The notes: generated by a model not told the origin, from the sequence alone. 64,000 nucleotides of DNA from Escherichia coli (GCF_001677475.2 NZ_CP015229.1); one strand, 5' to 3'. Positions 1-9,353 are shown, counted from the first letter of the stretch. Numbers and translations: made by a program.

Positions 1-409
1 CGCAGGCACCTTTTCGATCACCTGCATTAATTCGTTTATAAAACGTCGACGGGAAACACTTACCGGGGCCAATGTTATACGGACAGAATGACGCGATCCC
101 CGCTTTCTGGGGTTCGGTCAGCGGCACTTTGATGTTTTTCTCCACCCATGCCAGCGCCTTATCCCGTTCGATAGCGTTAACCCGGTCGCATTTTTCTTTC
201 GACAGCTTCATGCCAGGAATCACAGGCTTACCATCCACCCGGGTGGCTCCACGGCAGATGGTCCAGATCCCCGCACCATCACGGTATGCCGTGGTGTGGT
301 TACCTTCCTTTTCATCCAGAAACTGATCCAGGATTTCAGGCGCAGAAGCACCTGCGGCAATCAGCGCCAGAACGGCAGCCGATAAACCATAGCGGAGTTT
401 CCTGCTCAT
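1..409 (-). CDS. SAR endolysin (phage 21 R-type lysozyme), C-terminus outside window
   Basis: Minus-strand translation from ATG at 407-409 gives MSRKLRYGLSAAVLALIAAGASAPEILDQF...TAYRDGAGIWTICRGAT; no stop before window edge; directly downstream of pinholin. Confidence 0.75.
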   Translation of the reverse strand, partial: MSRKLRYGLSAAVLALIAAGASAPEILDQFLDEKEGNHTTAYRDGAGIWTICRGATRVDGKPVIPGMKLSKEKCDRVNAIERDKALAWVEKNIKVPLTEPQKAGIASFCPYNIGPGKCFPSTFYKRINAGDRKGAC

Positions 410-413
410 CAGC

Positions 414-629
414 TTACTCTCCCCGTGCCGCCTTACGCCGGTCCTCTCTGATTTTGAAATACAGGTTAGTCAGACATGTCAGCAGCCCAAACAGCAGACT
501 CCCCAGCACGCCTATTGCCGCCCACTGAGACGGGGAAACCCTGTCCAGCAACTGCAGGAACCAGTAGCCCGTTCCCACCGCTGACGTGGTGTATGACACA
601 CCTGTTGTGATTTTTTCCATCTGGTACAT
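414..629 (-). CDS. Pinholin (phage 21 S-type, 71 aa)
   Basis: 71-aa ORF with two hydrophobic segments and charged C-terminus ([13 protein letters not shown]), closely resembling recalled S21; immediately upstream of SAR endolysin. Confidence 0.75.
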   Translation of the reverse strand: MYQMEKITTGVSYTTSAVGTGYWFLQLLDRVSPSQWAAIGVLGSLLFGLLTCLTNLYFKIREDRRKAARGE

Positions 630-705
630 ACCCCGTCTCCCGCAATCCGGAAGCTCACAACATGAAAAAGGCCAGCAGCTGTTTACTGATGGCCCTGACT
701 CCCCG

Positions 706-978
706 TTACAGCATCATGACCGATTCGGGTTGAGGTTCAGTCGCATCGGCGACCGGTGATTCAGGCTGAACTTCACCGCTCTCTGCGGTGGTATCTCCCG
801 CTTCAGTCGGTGGCTCTGCCTGTACACCAAGCAGCTCATCCAGAATGGCATCAACTTCTGCATCAAGACGCGCTTCCAGGTTATGGCGAAGTTTCTGTTT
901 CAGTGCGCTCAGGACTTCTTCAGAGCGCAGGACGTCCTTCACTGCCTCAGCAGTGACCAGGGATGTAATTTCTGACAT
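706..978 (-). CDS. Hypothetical acidic phage protein (~90 aa)
   Basis: ORF in late operon between esterase and holin; start taken at internal Met (MSEITSLV...). Confidence 0.35.
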   Translation of the reverse strand: MSEITSLVTAEAVKDVLRSEEVLSALKQKLRHNLEARLDAEVDAILDELLGVQAEPPTEAGDTTAESGEVQPESPVADATEPQPESVMML

Positions 979-1003
979 GGGATTTTCTCGCTGAAAGGGG
1001 TTG

Positions 1004-1186
1004 TTAAGGAGTAATGGGCTCTTCGGGTTTGCTTCCGGCTGACTGACTGGCGCTGATTTTCTCAGCGGCCCTTTTATCAATCTGCCTGCGCCAGAAGTCA
1101 CGCATGGCCCTGTACCCACCCGAAAGGAGATACAGCACACAGACCACCGTACAGAAGTACAGCATCAGCTGATGAATAAATGTCAT
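1004..1186 (-). CDS. Hypothetical small membrane protein (60 aa)
   Basis: ORF with one hydrophobic segment followed by charged tail; late operon position. Confidence 0.3.
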   Translation of the reverse strand: MTFIHQLMLYFCTVVCVLYLLSGGYRAMRDFWRRQIDKRAAEKISASQSAGSKPEEPITP

Positions 1187-1322
1187 AATTTCTTACCGTT
1201 ATGGTTAACTAAGTAAACAGTTTTCATTTAAAAATGCCGATGACGAAAGTGGTAGTATCTTTCCTTGATTCTCCATGAATCTCACACCGCCAGAGGTCTC
1301 AGGCAACTGGCGGCTTTTTTTA

Positions 1323-3263
1323 TCATGCCGCGGCATCCGCGTTGTTCACTTCCACCGCAATGCTGTCAATCAGCACCGGGTAAGTCGCATTCCTGGTAAT
1401 GTCTGTCACATGCATCTTATCCGCCGCAAAGGCACTGACCGGTGACTGCGTCAGCGTGAACGGTGTACCATCCTGACCATCAATAACCGGCGTTACCTGA
1501 AGGCTGTTATTCCCGGCAAAGCGGAAAGCCAGCGTATGCCATTCATTATCAAATGCGCCAAGGGTTCCCAGTTTCTGGTTATTTGTCGCCACTTTCGCAT
1601 TGTGGTACATCACATTCAGGTCTTTTGCGTCTGTCTGGATGTAAAACGATGCCAGCAGATTATTCCCTGCATCCCCTGTCAGGGTGACACCCTGTGGCAG
1701 AGAGGAAACCGGCCAGTAAAGCGCCATGACATACTGGTTTGCCACCAGTTCACCGGATGCCTTAAAGCGGCAACTGATTAAACCTCCATTTTTCAGCAGT
1801 TCAGCGCCAGTACCGGCATCATGCTCCAGATGCCATGACCCTTTACCTGTCTCCTTGCTCAGCTTCATCGCGGTTCCACCTGTTGCACCCTCATCAGCAA
1901 CAATTTCCGCTTTACCTCCGCCAGCACTCCAGCCCTGTTCGGTCAGCTTCCCTTCAGACTCACTGGCCCGGTAAGACAGCAGTGTTGTGGTGCTTACCGC
2001 TTCACTTTCTGACGGTGACGGCGTCGGTGCGCCAGTTTCAGAAGATGGAACATCGACTTTTACTGTGGTTCTCCCGGCATGAACCAGAATCGCCGTTGCC
2101 AGACGGTCGGAAATAATCCCACGGCGTGCCCAGGAGCTGAAATGGCTCGCCCTGTCCTGTGACGTCCAGGTGGCTGAGCTGTCACGCCATTTCGAACCGT
2201 AATAACCGATACCCGGAATGTCCGGGTCTTCTTCCGGTTTGTTCGTCGGCACATTCACCCCGTTCTCATCGGTCATGAACGGTACGAAATGGATATTCTT
2301 TTCCGTTTTGTTTTTATAGCTGCCGTACACCATCTGGTAGGTGGATTCGTTCTTCTGCTTCCAGAAATACGTCGTGTCCCCACATATCCAGGGAACACCG
2401 CCAGCAGAGCCACCGACGCACTGGCCAGCCATATCCGCCAGGTCTGCACGGAATTTATCAACCAGCGCACCAAACTGTGCTGCGTGATTTGCCGGCGTAC
2501 CGCCAAAATCAAATTCCCCCTGCATCCACACCACGGCAAACAGCACATTTTTCGGGTTCTTCTTCAGTGCTGCTTTTGTTCGACCTATAAGGTCCTTATA
2601 CAGGGGCTTGTCCACCCCCCAGCGCACTGAATTCTCCGAGGCACCGGTCGCGTCACTGTATGTGCCATCAGCTCCGGTGGTGAACGCTGAACCACCACGA
2701 CAGCACGGAACCAGCAGAATACCCGCATTCGCCGGTATAAACGGCAGCAGTTTTTTGGCGATATGCAGCCCCTGCCCCACGGTTCCGTACTGCCCCTTTG
2801 ACAGGTCCGCTTTCGGATGGTTAAGACGGCTCATGTCCTGCACATCATGCAGACAATGGTCCGCCGGAATGATGTCGTTATATTTACAGGCGACACCGCC
2901 CGGTGTCACCGTACTGCGACGCGCCAGCTGCTTAATACGCGGCTCCGGACGGTCATATGTCTCCGGTAGCGGAAGACCTTCACCGTATGACATACCATTG
3001 GACTGACCGGCAAGCGCAATCACATAGTAATATTCTGGCGCAACAGAAGGATTCGTTGAGGTCGTCGGACGGTTGCCTGGCTCCTCAGGTGATGAGATGC
3101 TTCCCTCGCTCACAACTGGCTGGATGAATTCCGCACCATAACCAGCTGTCGAAATCAGCGCACTACCATAAGGCTGCCACCCTTCCTTCAGTTTTTGAGT
3201 TATTCGTTCCGCAAGATCGGACGGCGATACCGCCCTGACCACGTCATAGTGTTTAAATGCCAT
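1323..3263 (-). CDS. nanS-p: Prophage sialate O-acetylesterase-like protein (NanS-p family)
   Basis: 646-aa ORF starting MAFKHYDVVRAVSPSDLAERITQKLKEGWQPYG (DUF1737-like N-terminus) followed by esterase-like core; located between tRNAs and lysis genes as in Stx-type prophages. Confidence 0.7.
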   Translation of the reverse strand: MAFKHYDVVRAVSPSDLAERITQKLKEGWQPYGSALISTAGYGAEFIQPVVSEGSISSPEEPGNRPTTSTNPSVAPEYYYVIALAGQSNGMSYGEGLPLPETYDRPEPRIKQLARRSTVTPGGVACKYNDIIPADHCLHDVQDMSRLNHPKADLSKGQYGTVGQGLHIAKKLLPFIPANAGILLVPCCRGGSAFTTGADGTYSDATGASENSVRWGVDKPLYKDLIGRTKAALKKNPKNVLFAVVWMQGEFDFGGTPANHAAQFGALVDKFRADLADMAGQCVGGSAGGVPWICGDTTYFWKQKNESTYQMVYGSYKNKTEKNIHFVPFMTDENGVNVPTNKPEEDPDIPGIGYYGSKWRDSSATWTSQDRASHFSSWARRGIISDRLATAILVHAGRTTVKVDVPSSETGAPTPSPSESEAVSTTTLLSYRASESEGKLTEQGWSAGGGKAEIVADEGATGGTAMKLSKETGKGSWHLEHDAGTGAELLKNGGLISCRFKASGELVANQYVMALYWPVSSLPQGVTLTGDAGNNLLASFYIQTDAKDLNVMYHNAKVATNNQKLGTLGAFDNEWHTLAFRFAGNNSLQVTPVIDGQDGTPFTLTQSPVSAFAADKMHVTDITRNATYPVLIDSIAVEVNNADAAA

Positions 3264-3480
3264 GAATCCTCCCGGCCGGGATAATGTACTGAATAAGATA
3301 AGGAGTGAGCGGAAGTCCCGAAACACAAGGGAAAAAGACAACCACCCGCAAAAAAGAAATACACTCCTCACAGTTGCGCAGGGTGATTACTGTAAGGTAT
3401 TATTCGCAGCGTTAATTAATTGTTCATATTGCTTTTCTTCTTGCCAACCGCTCTTCCCGGGGGCGGCTTTTTTTGCATGT

Positions 3481-3504
3481 AAAAGGCCCCTGCTATGAGG
3501 GGCC
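3481..3504 (-). terminator. Putative intrinsic terminator upstream of esterase gene
   Basis: Minus-strand hairpin GGCCCCT-catagc-AGGGGCC followed by TTTT. Confidence 0.4.
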
Positions 3505-3752
3505 CTAGTATATGCCTAATCTCTGTATACTGCATGGTGCCGGGTGCCTCCCGGTGAGTTCGGCCTGGTGCCACCAAACCCGCGTATTCTCGCTTACGAT
3601 CATCAAAGAGATCATACCATTCACCAGTCGCCCCTCCGCACAGGGGGATTCACCATGCCAGTTTCTTTTAACAAACTCCCCGCAAATCAGACAACTGTCA
3701 ACTGTCTGAATTGTGAGACATTTAAAATTTTCGGGGCATGACTGATACCCGG

Positions 3753-3917
3753 CTAACTACCTGGCATGCCCTTTTTCACCAAAGGGAAAAGCACCACCAC
3801 AATACCAACCACCAGCACTCCATCCGCCAGCACCGACATGACCCTGCTGGTGAAATCCACCATCACCACCAGAAACAGCAGGAGTGCCACAGCAGCCAGA
3901 CGCAGTTTTAATGTCAC
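3753..3917 (-). CDS. Small hydrophobic protein (~54 aa), start overlapping upstream stop
   Basis: GTG start overlaps the TGA of the TerB-like gene; product VTLKLRLAAVALLLFLVVMVDF...GIVVVLFPLVKKG is strongly hydrophobic; not in ORF track (short). Confidence 0.3.
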   Translation of the reverse strand: MTLKLRLAAVALLLFLVVMVDFTSRVMSVLADGVLVVGIVVVLFPLVKKGMPGS

Positions 3918-4345
3918 AGGTGGTTCTCCAGTCGCAGGCCAAGAACACCGGCGATCTCTTCCAGAACCTTACGCTCTTCCGGCTCAATTTCACCATCCGC
4001 TTCAGCAATGGCCACCGCCACATCCAGCACATCTTCCGCTTCATGCGTATCGTGTTTTACATCTTCAATTTCACGCAACGCCGCTCGACGACCAATTTTA
4101 AAGTTGGTGTCAAGCTGACCTGTGATCGTGGCACTGATGGCATTAATTTCTGACGTAAACGCGGACAACGCAGGCTGGTTACGTAATACCTGTTCGATCT
4201 TCGCTTTCTCTGAAGCCTCACATTCACCATCTGCATAGGCCACCAGATAGGCAGCATTAATAACCGCCTGTGCCAGATCACGTTTCTCAAACTTTTTAAT
4301 TTCCGCTGCCGCTCTGCGGGTTTTCTTTTTGAAAATACCAAACAT
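3914..4345 (-). CDS. TerB-family (tellurite-resistance TerB-like) protein
   Basis: 143-aa ORF with paired ADGE(C/I)E-type motifs (AYADGECEASEKAKIE; AEADGEIEPEERKVLEEIAG) typical of TerB domain. Confidence 0.6.
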   Translation of the reverse strand: MFGIFKKKTRRAAAEIKKFEKRDLAQAVINAAYLVAYADGECEASEKAKIEQVLRNQPALSAFTSEINAISATITGQLDTNFKIGRRAALREIEDVKHDTHEAEDVLDVAVAIAEADGEIEPEERKVLEEIAGVLGLRLENHL

Positions 4346-4514
4346 CGTGACGTTCCTTTAGGTGGGTGAGCCAACGCCCGGGAGCGATCTGCCCACAGAG
4401 AAAGTCACACTGACCACTCCGTAAGCTCACCCCCGAAAGGCTCTGTGGTTGATATGCGCCGGGCGTGGCGCGGAGACAAAAAAGGCCCGCAAAAGCGAGC
4501 CTGGTAAATAAATA

Positions 4515-4591
4515 TGGCGCGTTGTACTAGATTCGAACCAGTGACCGATTGCTTAGAAGGCAATTGCTCTGTCCGGCTGAGCTAACAACGC
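4515..4591 (-). tRNA. argO: tRNA-Arg (anticodon UCU)
   Basis: 77-nt cloverleaf on minus strand: acceptor GCGTTGT/ACAACGC, anticodon loop CU-UCU-AA, TTCGAAT T-loop, encoded CCA. Confidence 0.8.
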
Positions 4592-4604
4592 AGTGTACAG
4601 ATAA

Positions 4605-4681
4605 TGGACCGCCATCGAGGACTCGAACCCCGCGCAACCAGCTTCGAAGGCTGGCGCTCTATCCCGATGAGCTAATGGCGG
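4605..4681 (-). tRNA. argN: tRNA-Arg (anticodon UCG)
   Basis: 77-nt cloverleaf on minus strand: anticodon stem CCAGC/GCTGG, loop CU-UCG-AA, TTCGAGT T-loop, encoded CCA; acceptor stem begins with C (unusual). Confidence 0.7.
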
Positions 4682-4688
4682 TAGGTGA

Positions 4689-4764
4689 TGGTGGCCCTTG
4701 CTGGATTTGAACCAGCGACCTGGCGATTATGAGTCGCTCGCTCTCACCACTGAGCTAAAGGGCC
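4689..4764 (-). tRNA. ileZ: tRNA-Ile2 type (anticodon CAU)
   Basis: 76-nt cloverleaf GGCCCTTTAGCTCAGTGG...anticodon loop CU-CAU-AA...GGGCCACCA; CAU anticodon could also be Met, Ile2 inferred from Stx-phage ileZ-argN-argO arrangement. Confidence 0.7.
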
Positions 4765-5134
4765 GGGCGCAGGATAATAACGGCACGTAACTAATTCTGC
4801 AATATCATCCGTTCTGACTGACTAAATTCTGAACTTCCCTGACCGTCTGCTCAAAACGCCCGCTCTCCAGCTCAACGCCAATTGCACGACGCCCCAGCGA
4901 CATTGCTGCTTTGACGCTACGGACATAAAAAAGCCAGCCACTGGGGGAGGCTGGCAAACTCGTAGAGCAAAATGCTGTTACGCAAACTTCGTTACAGGGT
5001 TATCCTGCAATACTTAAAATATACAATATTTAGAAAACTAATAGCACCATATGCGATTTTTAAGATTTTATTATTAATTGCGGTCGCACCTTCCTTTCTG
5101 TGTACTTTCCGTATAACTAACAGGATTCCGGATA

Positions 5135-5160
5135 CAAAAAACCCGCGCATCGGCGGGTTA
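5135..5160 (-). terminator. Intrinsic terminator between AT-rich island and tRNAs (possible tR')
   Basis: Minus-strand hairpin AACCCGC-cgatgc-GCGGGTT followed by TTTTTT. Confidence 0.5.
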
Positions 5161-5271
5161 AGCAGCGTGGCAATGTAACCACTCTTATCATGATATGCAG
5201 ATTTTTACGTACGTAAAATACTTTTTAGCATCCCGTTCAATCGGGAGCGGAATCAGGGATTCCGCGACGCT

Positions 5272-5586
5272 TCACACCACCTCTGGTGGGGATTTTCGAG
5301 CTCTTTTTTTACCACATAGCAATGTATTCAGTCGGCGTTGTTTGGGGCTTCTGCATAAACGACACCAGCTTTGCGGCCTTTTCTTATTCCAACAAATTCT
5401 GAATTCTAATTTTTTCTCAATTTCCTCATCAGAGACAGCTATTTTGCCGCAGAGAGGGCAAGTGTGCTTTTTATCATACTCGGTTTTCAGCACCTCAATT
5501 AACTTACGAATTAATGGCTTGATGTCATAAACGTTCCGCAAATCATAATCATGACCGATTTGAGCATAACTTATCTTCTGCAACAT
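5272..5586 (-). CDS. Hypothetical Cys-rich (zinc-ribbon-like) protein
   Basis: 104-aa ORF with CPLCGK...CWNK...CRLCRS; GGAGG 9 nt upstream of ATG; AT-rich; overlaps upstream gene by 16 nt. Confidence 0.45.
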   Translation of the reverse strand: MLQKISYAQIGHDYDLRNVYDIKPLIRKLIEVLKTEYDKKHTCPLCGKIAVSDEEIEKKLEFRICWNKKRPQSWCRLCRSPKQRRLNTLLCGKKRARKSPPEVV

Positions 5587-5864
5587 CCCTTTTCCTCCAG
5601 GCGTTGAAAGCCTTCTTCTATAATGGCACGAGATGCACGCATTCTGGTGGCAAAAAGAGATATTGACGGTAATGTTTGTGAATCTACATCTTGATGAAAT
5701 GAAACAAAATTAGCCAGCAGAGCTAATTCTGAATGGTTTATTTTTAACCTGTGCTGGTATTTCAAAAGCTCTCTGAGAATAACGAACCAGTCAATGTTTA
5801 AAATATCATCACTCCACAGAGACAAATCGTTTTTCTCTGCTTCCGGGAAATCCTCGATGTCCAT
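5571..5864 (-). CDS. Hypothetical winged-helix-like DNA-binding protein
   Basis: ~97-aa ORF; segment LPSISLFATRMRASRAIIEEGFQRLEEKG resembles winged-helix recognition region of replisome-organizer N-terminal domains; AGGGG upstream of second ATG. Confidence 0.4.
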   Translation of the reverse strand: MDIEDFPEAEKNDLSLWSDDILNIDWFVILRELLKYQHRLKINHSELALLANFVSFHQDVDSQTLPSISLFATRMRASRAIIEEGFQRLEEKGCCRR

Positions 5865-5994
5865 TTTACCCCTGTTCATTGTTGTATCTCTGCGGTTAAA
5901 CGGTAGATAACTCTTACGTCCTTGTCCTATAAAGTAAATAGCATAACGTTCACAAATTTACATACTTCACATAGTGAACGACAAGCGCCTGCTA

Positions 5995-6375
5995 TCACAG
6001 GCGCTGCACATATCGGTCCATTTTCAGTCTGACACCAAGTAACATTAACATCCCTTCAACCACGCCCTCCGCTTTCTGTAATTTTTTACCAATAGTTCCA
6101 TCAGAGCATCCATGCTTACGTGCCAGCGCCATGAACGTCTCCCCCAACACGTAATAATCAACCAGCAAGTCATGCAGATCACTGTTGTTCCTGTTAAGGC
6201 GAGCCATACACCCGCATATAATCATCGCGTCATCGTCACAACACTGTGGACGTGATTTTACTTTTTCGGGGATCAGTCCCTTAAATCCGGCAGCAATGGG
6301 CGACCATGTAACATCCTCATGGTTATTTGCCGCCCATGCCCCCCAGCGCTCAAGAACCTGCCGGATATCACGCAT
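5995..6375 (-). CDS. Late-gene antiterminator Q (QuuD / phage-21 Q family)
   Basis: [24 protein letters not shown]...[19 protein letters not shown] closely resembles recalled QuuD. Confidence 0.8.
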   Translation of the reverse strand: MRDIRQVLERWGAWAANNHEDVTWSPIAAGFKGLIPEKVKSRPQCCDDDAMIICGCMARLNRNNSDLHDLLVDYYVLGETFMALARKHGCSDGTIGKKLQKAEGVVEGMLMLLGVRLKMDRYVQRL

Positions 6376-6565
6376 CAGTATCTTTACCCCATCCGCGATG
6401 AACCATAAGGACTCCATTGACGACGGCGTGCTTTTTCGCATCTTTATCATCAATGTATTTTCTGACTGTGGCACGATTGCAGTTCAGTATTCTGGCGACT
6501 TCTGTCTGATTTCCCCTGGTGCAGATCAGTAATTCAGGTATCGTTTGAATTTTAGCATTCATCAA
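6368..6565 (-). CDS. Small HTH-like protein
   Basis: 65-aa ORF with [21 protein letters not shown] helix-turn-helix-like segment; overlaps Q start by 8 nt. Confidence 0.35.
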   Translation of the reverse strand: MMNAKIQTIPELLICTRGNQTEVARILNCNRATVRKYIDDKDAKKHAVVNGVLMVHRGWGKDTDA

Positions 6566-6924
6566 ATGTTCTCCAGTTCGGTGATTTTTATCCCCACTCT
6601 ACCGCCAGGCACTTTCACGCCGCGAATTACGCGAATGTCATCGAATTGCTCGTCGTCTTCCGCAAATCCGGCGTGGATAAGAGAGTCGAGTAAACCTTTT
6701 AGGATGTTATCGAGGTCGCGACGGCGGGAATCTGGTGGTTCAGCAATAATTGTGATGCTAAGTCGTGATTTAGTGAAAATGTCTAATCTGAGTTGCCGGA
6801 TGATTTGCTGTACGTCTTTTCGGTATTTCTGGCCTTTATCGCTGATGTAGTACTGGCTTCCCCGTCTTCGCCAGTAGGTATTCACCGTCGGCGGCCAGGG
6901 AAGCACAAACTCATATTCATTCAT
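6562..6924 (-). CDS. rusA: RusA Holliday-junction resolvase
   Basis: 120-aa ORF with LPWPP..N.Y and DSRRRDLDN motifs characteristic of RusA. Confidence 0.85.
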   Translation of the reverse strand: MNEYEFVLPWPPTVNTYWRRRGSQYYISDKGQKYRKDVQQIIRQLRLDIFTKSRLSITIIAEPPDSRRRDLDNILKGLLDSLIHAGFAEDDEQFDDIRVIRGVKVPGGRVGIKITELENI

Positions 6925-7211
6925 GACTTAATTTTCCCCTCCTTCAGTAGTATCGCCTGCGTCCTGATCACGCCTTCCAGGTGGTAAAGTCTGGCGTCTT
7001 TGTTGTCGAGATTATGGGTGCGTCGGTCGATTTCATCGTGACACGCGCTACAAGCCCATGAGCCGATCAGGTCGTCAGGCTTCATTCCCGTTCCGCAAAT
7101 TCCAGCCATCCGGTAATGTGCCAGAACTGTAGTTTCAGGATTGCCATTGCATACGCCGTAAATACGTACCTGGCATTCTCTGCCGCGCGCTTCTTTGCGT
7201 AGGTTAGCCAT
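6921..7211 (-). CDS. Cys-rich nin-region protein (DUF1364 / YbcO-like)
   Basis: 96-aa ORF with CQVRIYGVC...CSACHDEID; conserved position upstream of rusA. Confidence 0.5.
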   Translation of the reverse strand: MANLRKEARGRECQVRIYGVCNGNPETTVLAHYRMAGICGTGMKPDDLIGSWACSACHDEIDRRTHNLDNKDARLYHLEGVIRTQAILLKEGKIKS

Positions 7212-7416
7212 TTACCTTCCCTCGCAATTGAAGAATTGACTGAAGGTCTTTTTTAATAAATATGCGAGTGCGAATTGAGCAGTAGTTTTCCTTCATTCTG
7301 GCGTAGTAATAGTCCTTTCTTTGCTTAAGCTTGTTGGCATCCGCTGTCATCCAGTCTTTTACAGCAAACTTAATTAACCAGCGGTAGCAGAGATACCATT
7401 TCAGATAATCACTCAT
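7204..7416 (-). CDS. Hypothetical nin-region protein
   Basis: 70-aa ORF, 8-nt overlap with downstream gene. Confidence 0.35.
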   Translation of the reverse strand: MSDYLKWYLCYRWLIKFAVKDWMTADANKLKQRKDYYYARMKENYCSIRTRIFIKKDLQSILQLRGKVNG

Positions 7417-7642
7417 CGTCTTCTTCCTCGTACATTGAGCTATTCGGATCGCTCATCAGTTCTGCGCAGCAATCGGAGCACACGTGAACTTCCAGCACAT
7501 GCAGCTTCTGACCGCAGTTAGCGCACGTTAAAGCTCGCTCGACGCTTTCTTTCTGGTATTGAAGAGATTGGGATGGACTAAGCATGGCTTTCACCATTAA
7601 AAAGTCGCTTGTAAGCATCAATGTCTCGTTTTGCTTCACCAA
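7409..7642 (-). CDS. Hypothetical Cys-rich protein with acidic tail
   Basis: CANCGQ...CSDCC motif, C-terminal EEEDDE; true start probably an internal Met because the 5' end overlaps the upstream gene. Confidence 0.35.
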   Translation of the reverse strand: MVKQNETLMLTSDFLMVKAMLSPSQSLQYQKESVERALTCANCGQKLHVLEVHVCSDCCAELMSDPNSSMYEEEDDE

Positions 7643-8021
7643 GCTTTCGTCTTAATTCCATGTTTTCTGATTCAAGCTTTTCCATGTCTTGCTGGTATCG
7701 ATCGCGGTGTTCTTTCCATGCTTTTCGATACGCCTTCATGTATGTCGTATTGGCCTTTCTCTTTGCCTGACGAACTGCGTGGTGGTTTTTCACAAACCAG
7801 TCAGGGTCGTTAAATGCTGCTCTGGCGCATGTATACCAATAATTTGTTGCCTCCCTGTTTAGCCAATAAATACTGATAAATGGCAACTGGATAGACACCA
7901 TTTTTCGTTGAGACTCTTTCTCGCCAAACATGTGCCCTTTTTTGATGCTAAGGCCAAATCCAGGTTGAATTAAAAGCATTGTCATTTCCTCGCACGATGT
8001 CTTAGCCACCGGATATCCCAC
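7578..8021 (-). CDS. Hypothetical phage protein with C-terminal coiled coil
   Basis: 147-aa ORF; start uncertain. Confidence 0.4.
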   Translation of the reverse strand: MGYPVAKTSCEEMTMLLIQPGFGLSIKKGHMFGEKESQRKMVSIQLPFISIYWLNREATNYWYTCARAAFNDPDWFVKNHHAVRQAKRKANTTYMKAYRKAWKEHRDRYQQDMEKLESENMELRRKLGEAKRDIDAYKRLFNGESHA

Positions 8022-8154
8022 AGGTGAGCCGTGTAGTTGAAGGTTTTTACGTCAGATTCTTTTGGGATTGGCTTGCGTTTATTTCTGGAGCGTTTCGTTG
8101 GAAGGTATTTGCAGTTTTCACAGACTATATCGGTGATGCTTCGTCGCTTTCGTC

Positions 8155-8556
8155 TCATTCATACCTCCTGTCAGTAAATCTGATCCCCTGCTCCACAGCC
8201 CAGGAAGTTGTGTACTCAATCAGGCTTGCCATACGCTTCACGCTCATCTGCGCACTGCTTTCGCGGATATTGACGTATTCACCTTCAAGACCTGGCAAAA
8301 CATCAGCTTCCTGTTTTGTCGCCACGGCATGACCGCTGATTAACAAAACTTTCCACTGTTCTGGTTTTAGCCATCTGCCGCACCACTGAACCTGTCGGGA
8401 GATATCAGCGACCATCGCGTGAAATTTGGCATTTTGAGATAATTTTCTTGTTGGTTTGCGGATGTCTATGATGAATTTATCGGGGGCGGATTTTACTGCG
8501 TTTAATGCGTTAGCTCTGACGGATTCATTAATCAGATGATACCTTTGTCTTTCCAT
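8155..8556 (-). CDS. ninB: NinB recombination protein
   Basis: [30 protein letters not shown] matches recalled lambda NinB core (LDQNRKLWACLGDVSRQVEWHGRWL). Confidence 0.75.
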   Translation of the reverse strand: MERQRYHLINESVRANALNAVKSAPDKFIIDIRKPTRKLSQNAKFHAMVADISRQVQWCGRWLKPEQWKVLLISGHAVATKQEADVLPGLEGEYVNIRESSAQMSVKRMASLIEYTTSWAVEQGIRFTDRRYE

Positions 8557-9238
8557 TAGATAGCGCCTCTTCTATGGTTTTTCCTCTCATTAGCCTTACT
8601 GTAATCGTTGAGTAGGGTATGCCTGTTTCTTCACTCCATTCTTTAATGGTCATTGTTTTCCCGTACGCTGTAAGATTTCGCGTTCTTCTGGTGTTGAGCT
8701 TTTGCTCTCGGTCAGTAGCCCATCGGCAATTCTCTTTGCAGTAATCACCATTGACATCAATACGATCAATGCTGCATCCGTCAGGCCTCTCTCCCATGTC
8801 TTCCAGGAAAAGATCAAATGAATTCCACCGTTCACAAACGCGAATCCCCCTCCCTCCATAGTTTTTGTATCCTGGTGTTTCGGGGTTATTGCATCTAGAT
8901 TTCATTTGGGCCCATGAAGAATATGCGCCCTTCCTTTTCCTGGGTTTTCCGTTATTTGCACATCTCAATGCTGCCGATTTCTTTACAAGACATCCGCATG
9001 ATTTAGTTCTACCTGTTGTCAGGGCCGAACGATAAATAAGTTTTTCCTTTCCACAATCACACCGACAAACCCATCGGCTTTCTCCAACTTTACCTCTTGG
9101 GTTTATATATGGATCTCCTTTTCGTAATACCACCAGGAGTCCGTATCTGTTGCCAATTTCAACCATATAGTAATTCCTTGCGCTTGTAGTCAGTAATGCG
9201 GATGGTGACTGGCTTGTCTTTATCGAGAGTTGTTGCAA
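8528..9238 (-). CDS. Cys-rich phage protein, possible HNH-type nuclease/DNA-binding protein
   Basis: CRCDCGK...CGC Zn motif and GYKNYGGRGIRVCERW...CRWAT segment; family assignment is from memory only. Confidence 0.4.
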   Translation of the reverse strand: MQQLSIKTSQSPSALLTTSARNYYMVEIGNRYGLLVVLRKGDPYINPRGKVGESRWVCRCDCGKEKLIYRSALTTGRTKSCGCLVKKSAALRCANNGKPRKRKGAYSSWAQMKSRCNNPETPGYKNYGGRGIRVCERWNSFDLFLEDMGERPDGCSIDRIDVNGDYCKENCRWATDREQKLNTRRTRNLTAYGKTMTIKEWSEETGIPYSTITVRLMRGKTIEEALSNGKTKVSSD

Positions 9239-9323
9239 GGATGGCGTTAATGGCGAATTGTTGCTGCTGCTTACTTCGGAGGAAGATAGTCTGGTTCATT
9301 ATTCCCTCTCATTGGATTTTCCC

Positions 9324-9348
9324 AACAAAAAAGGAGCCGAAGCTCCTT
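9324..9348 (-). terminator. Intrinsic terminator after Bro-N antirepressor gene
   Basis: Minus-strand hairpin AAGGAGC-ttcg-GCTCCTT followed by TTTTTTG. Confidence 0.4.
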
Positions 9349-9353
9349 TAGTT

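Noticed and set aside
72-528. Plus-strand ORFs at the window start
   Set aside because: Antisense to the endolysin and pinholin frames, which have strong family resemblance.
1536-2254. Several plus- and minus-strand ORFs (60-110 aa) inside the esterase gene
   Set aside because: They are fully nested in or antisense to a long coding frame with a clear family assignment; typical shadow ORFs.
3372-4514. Shiga-toxin genes at the stx-like position between tRNAs and the esterase
   Set aside because: No ORF resembles StxA (~315 aa with signal peptide) or StxB (~89 aa); the slot is occupied by a TerB-family gene and a small membrane ORF.
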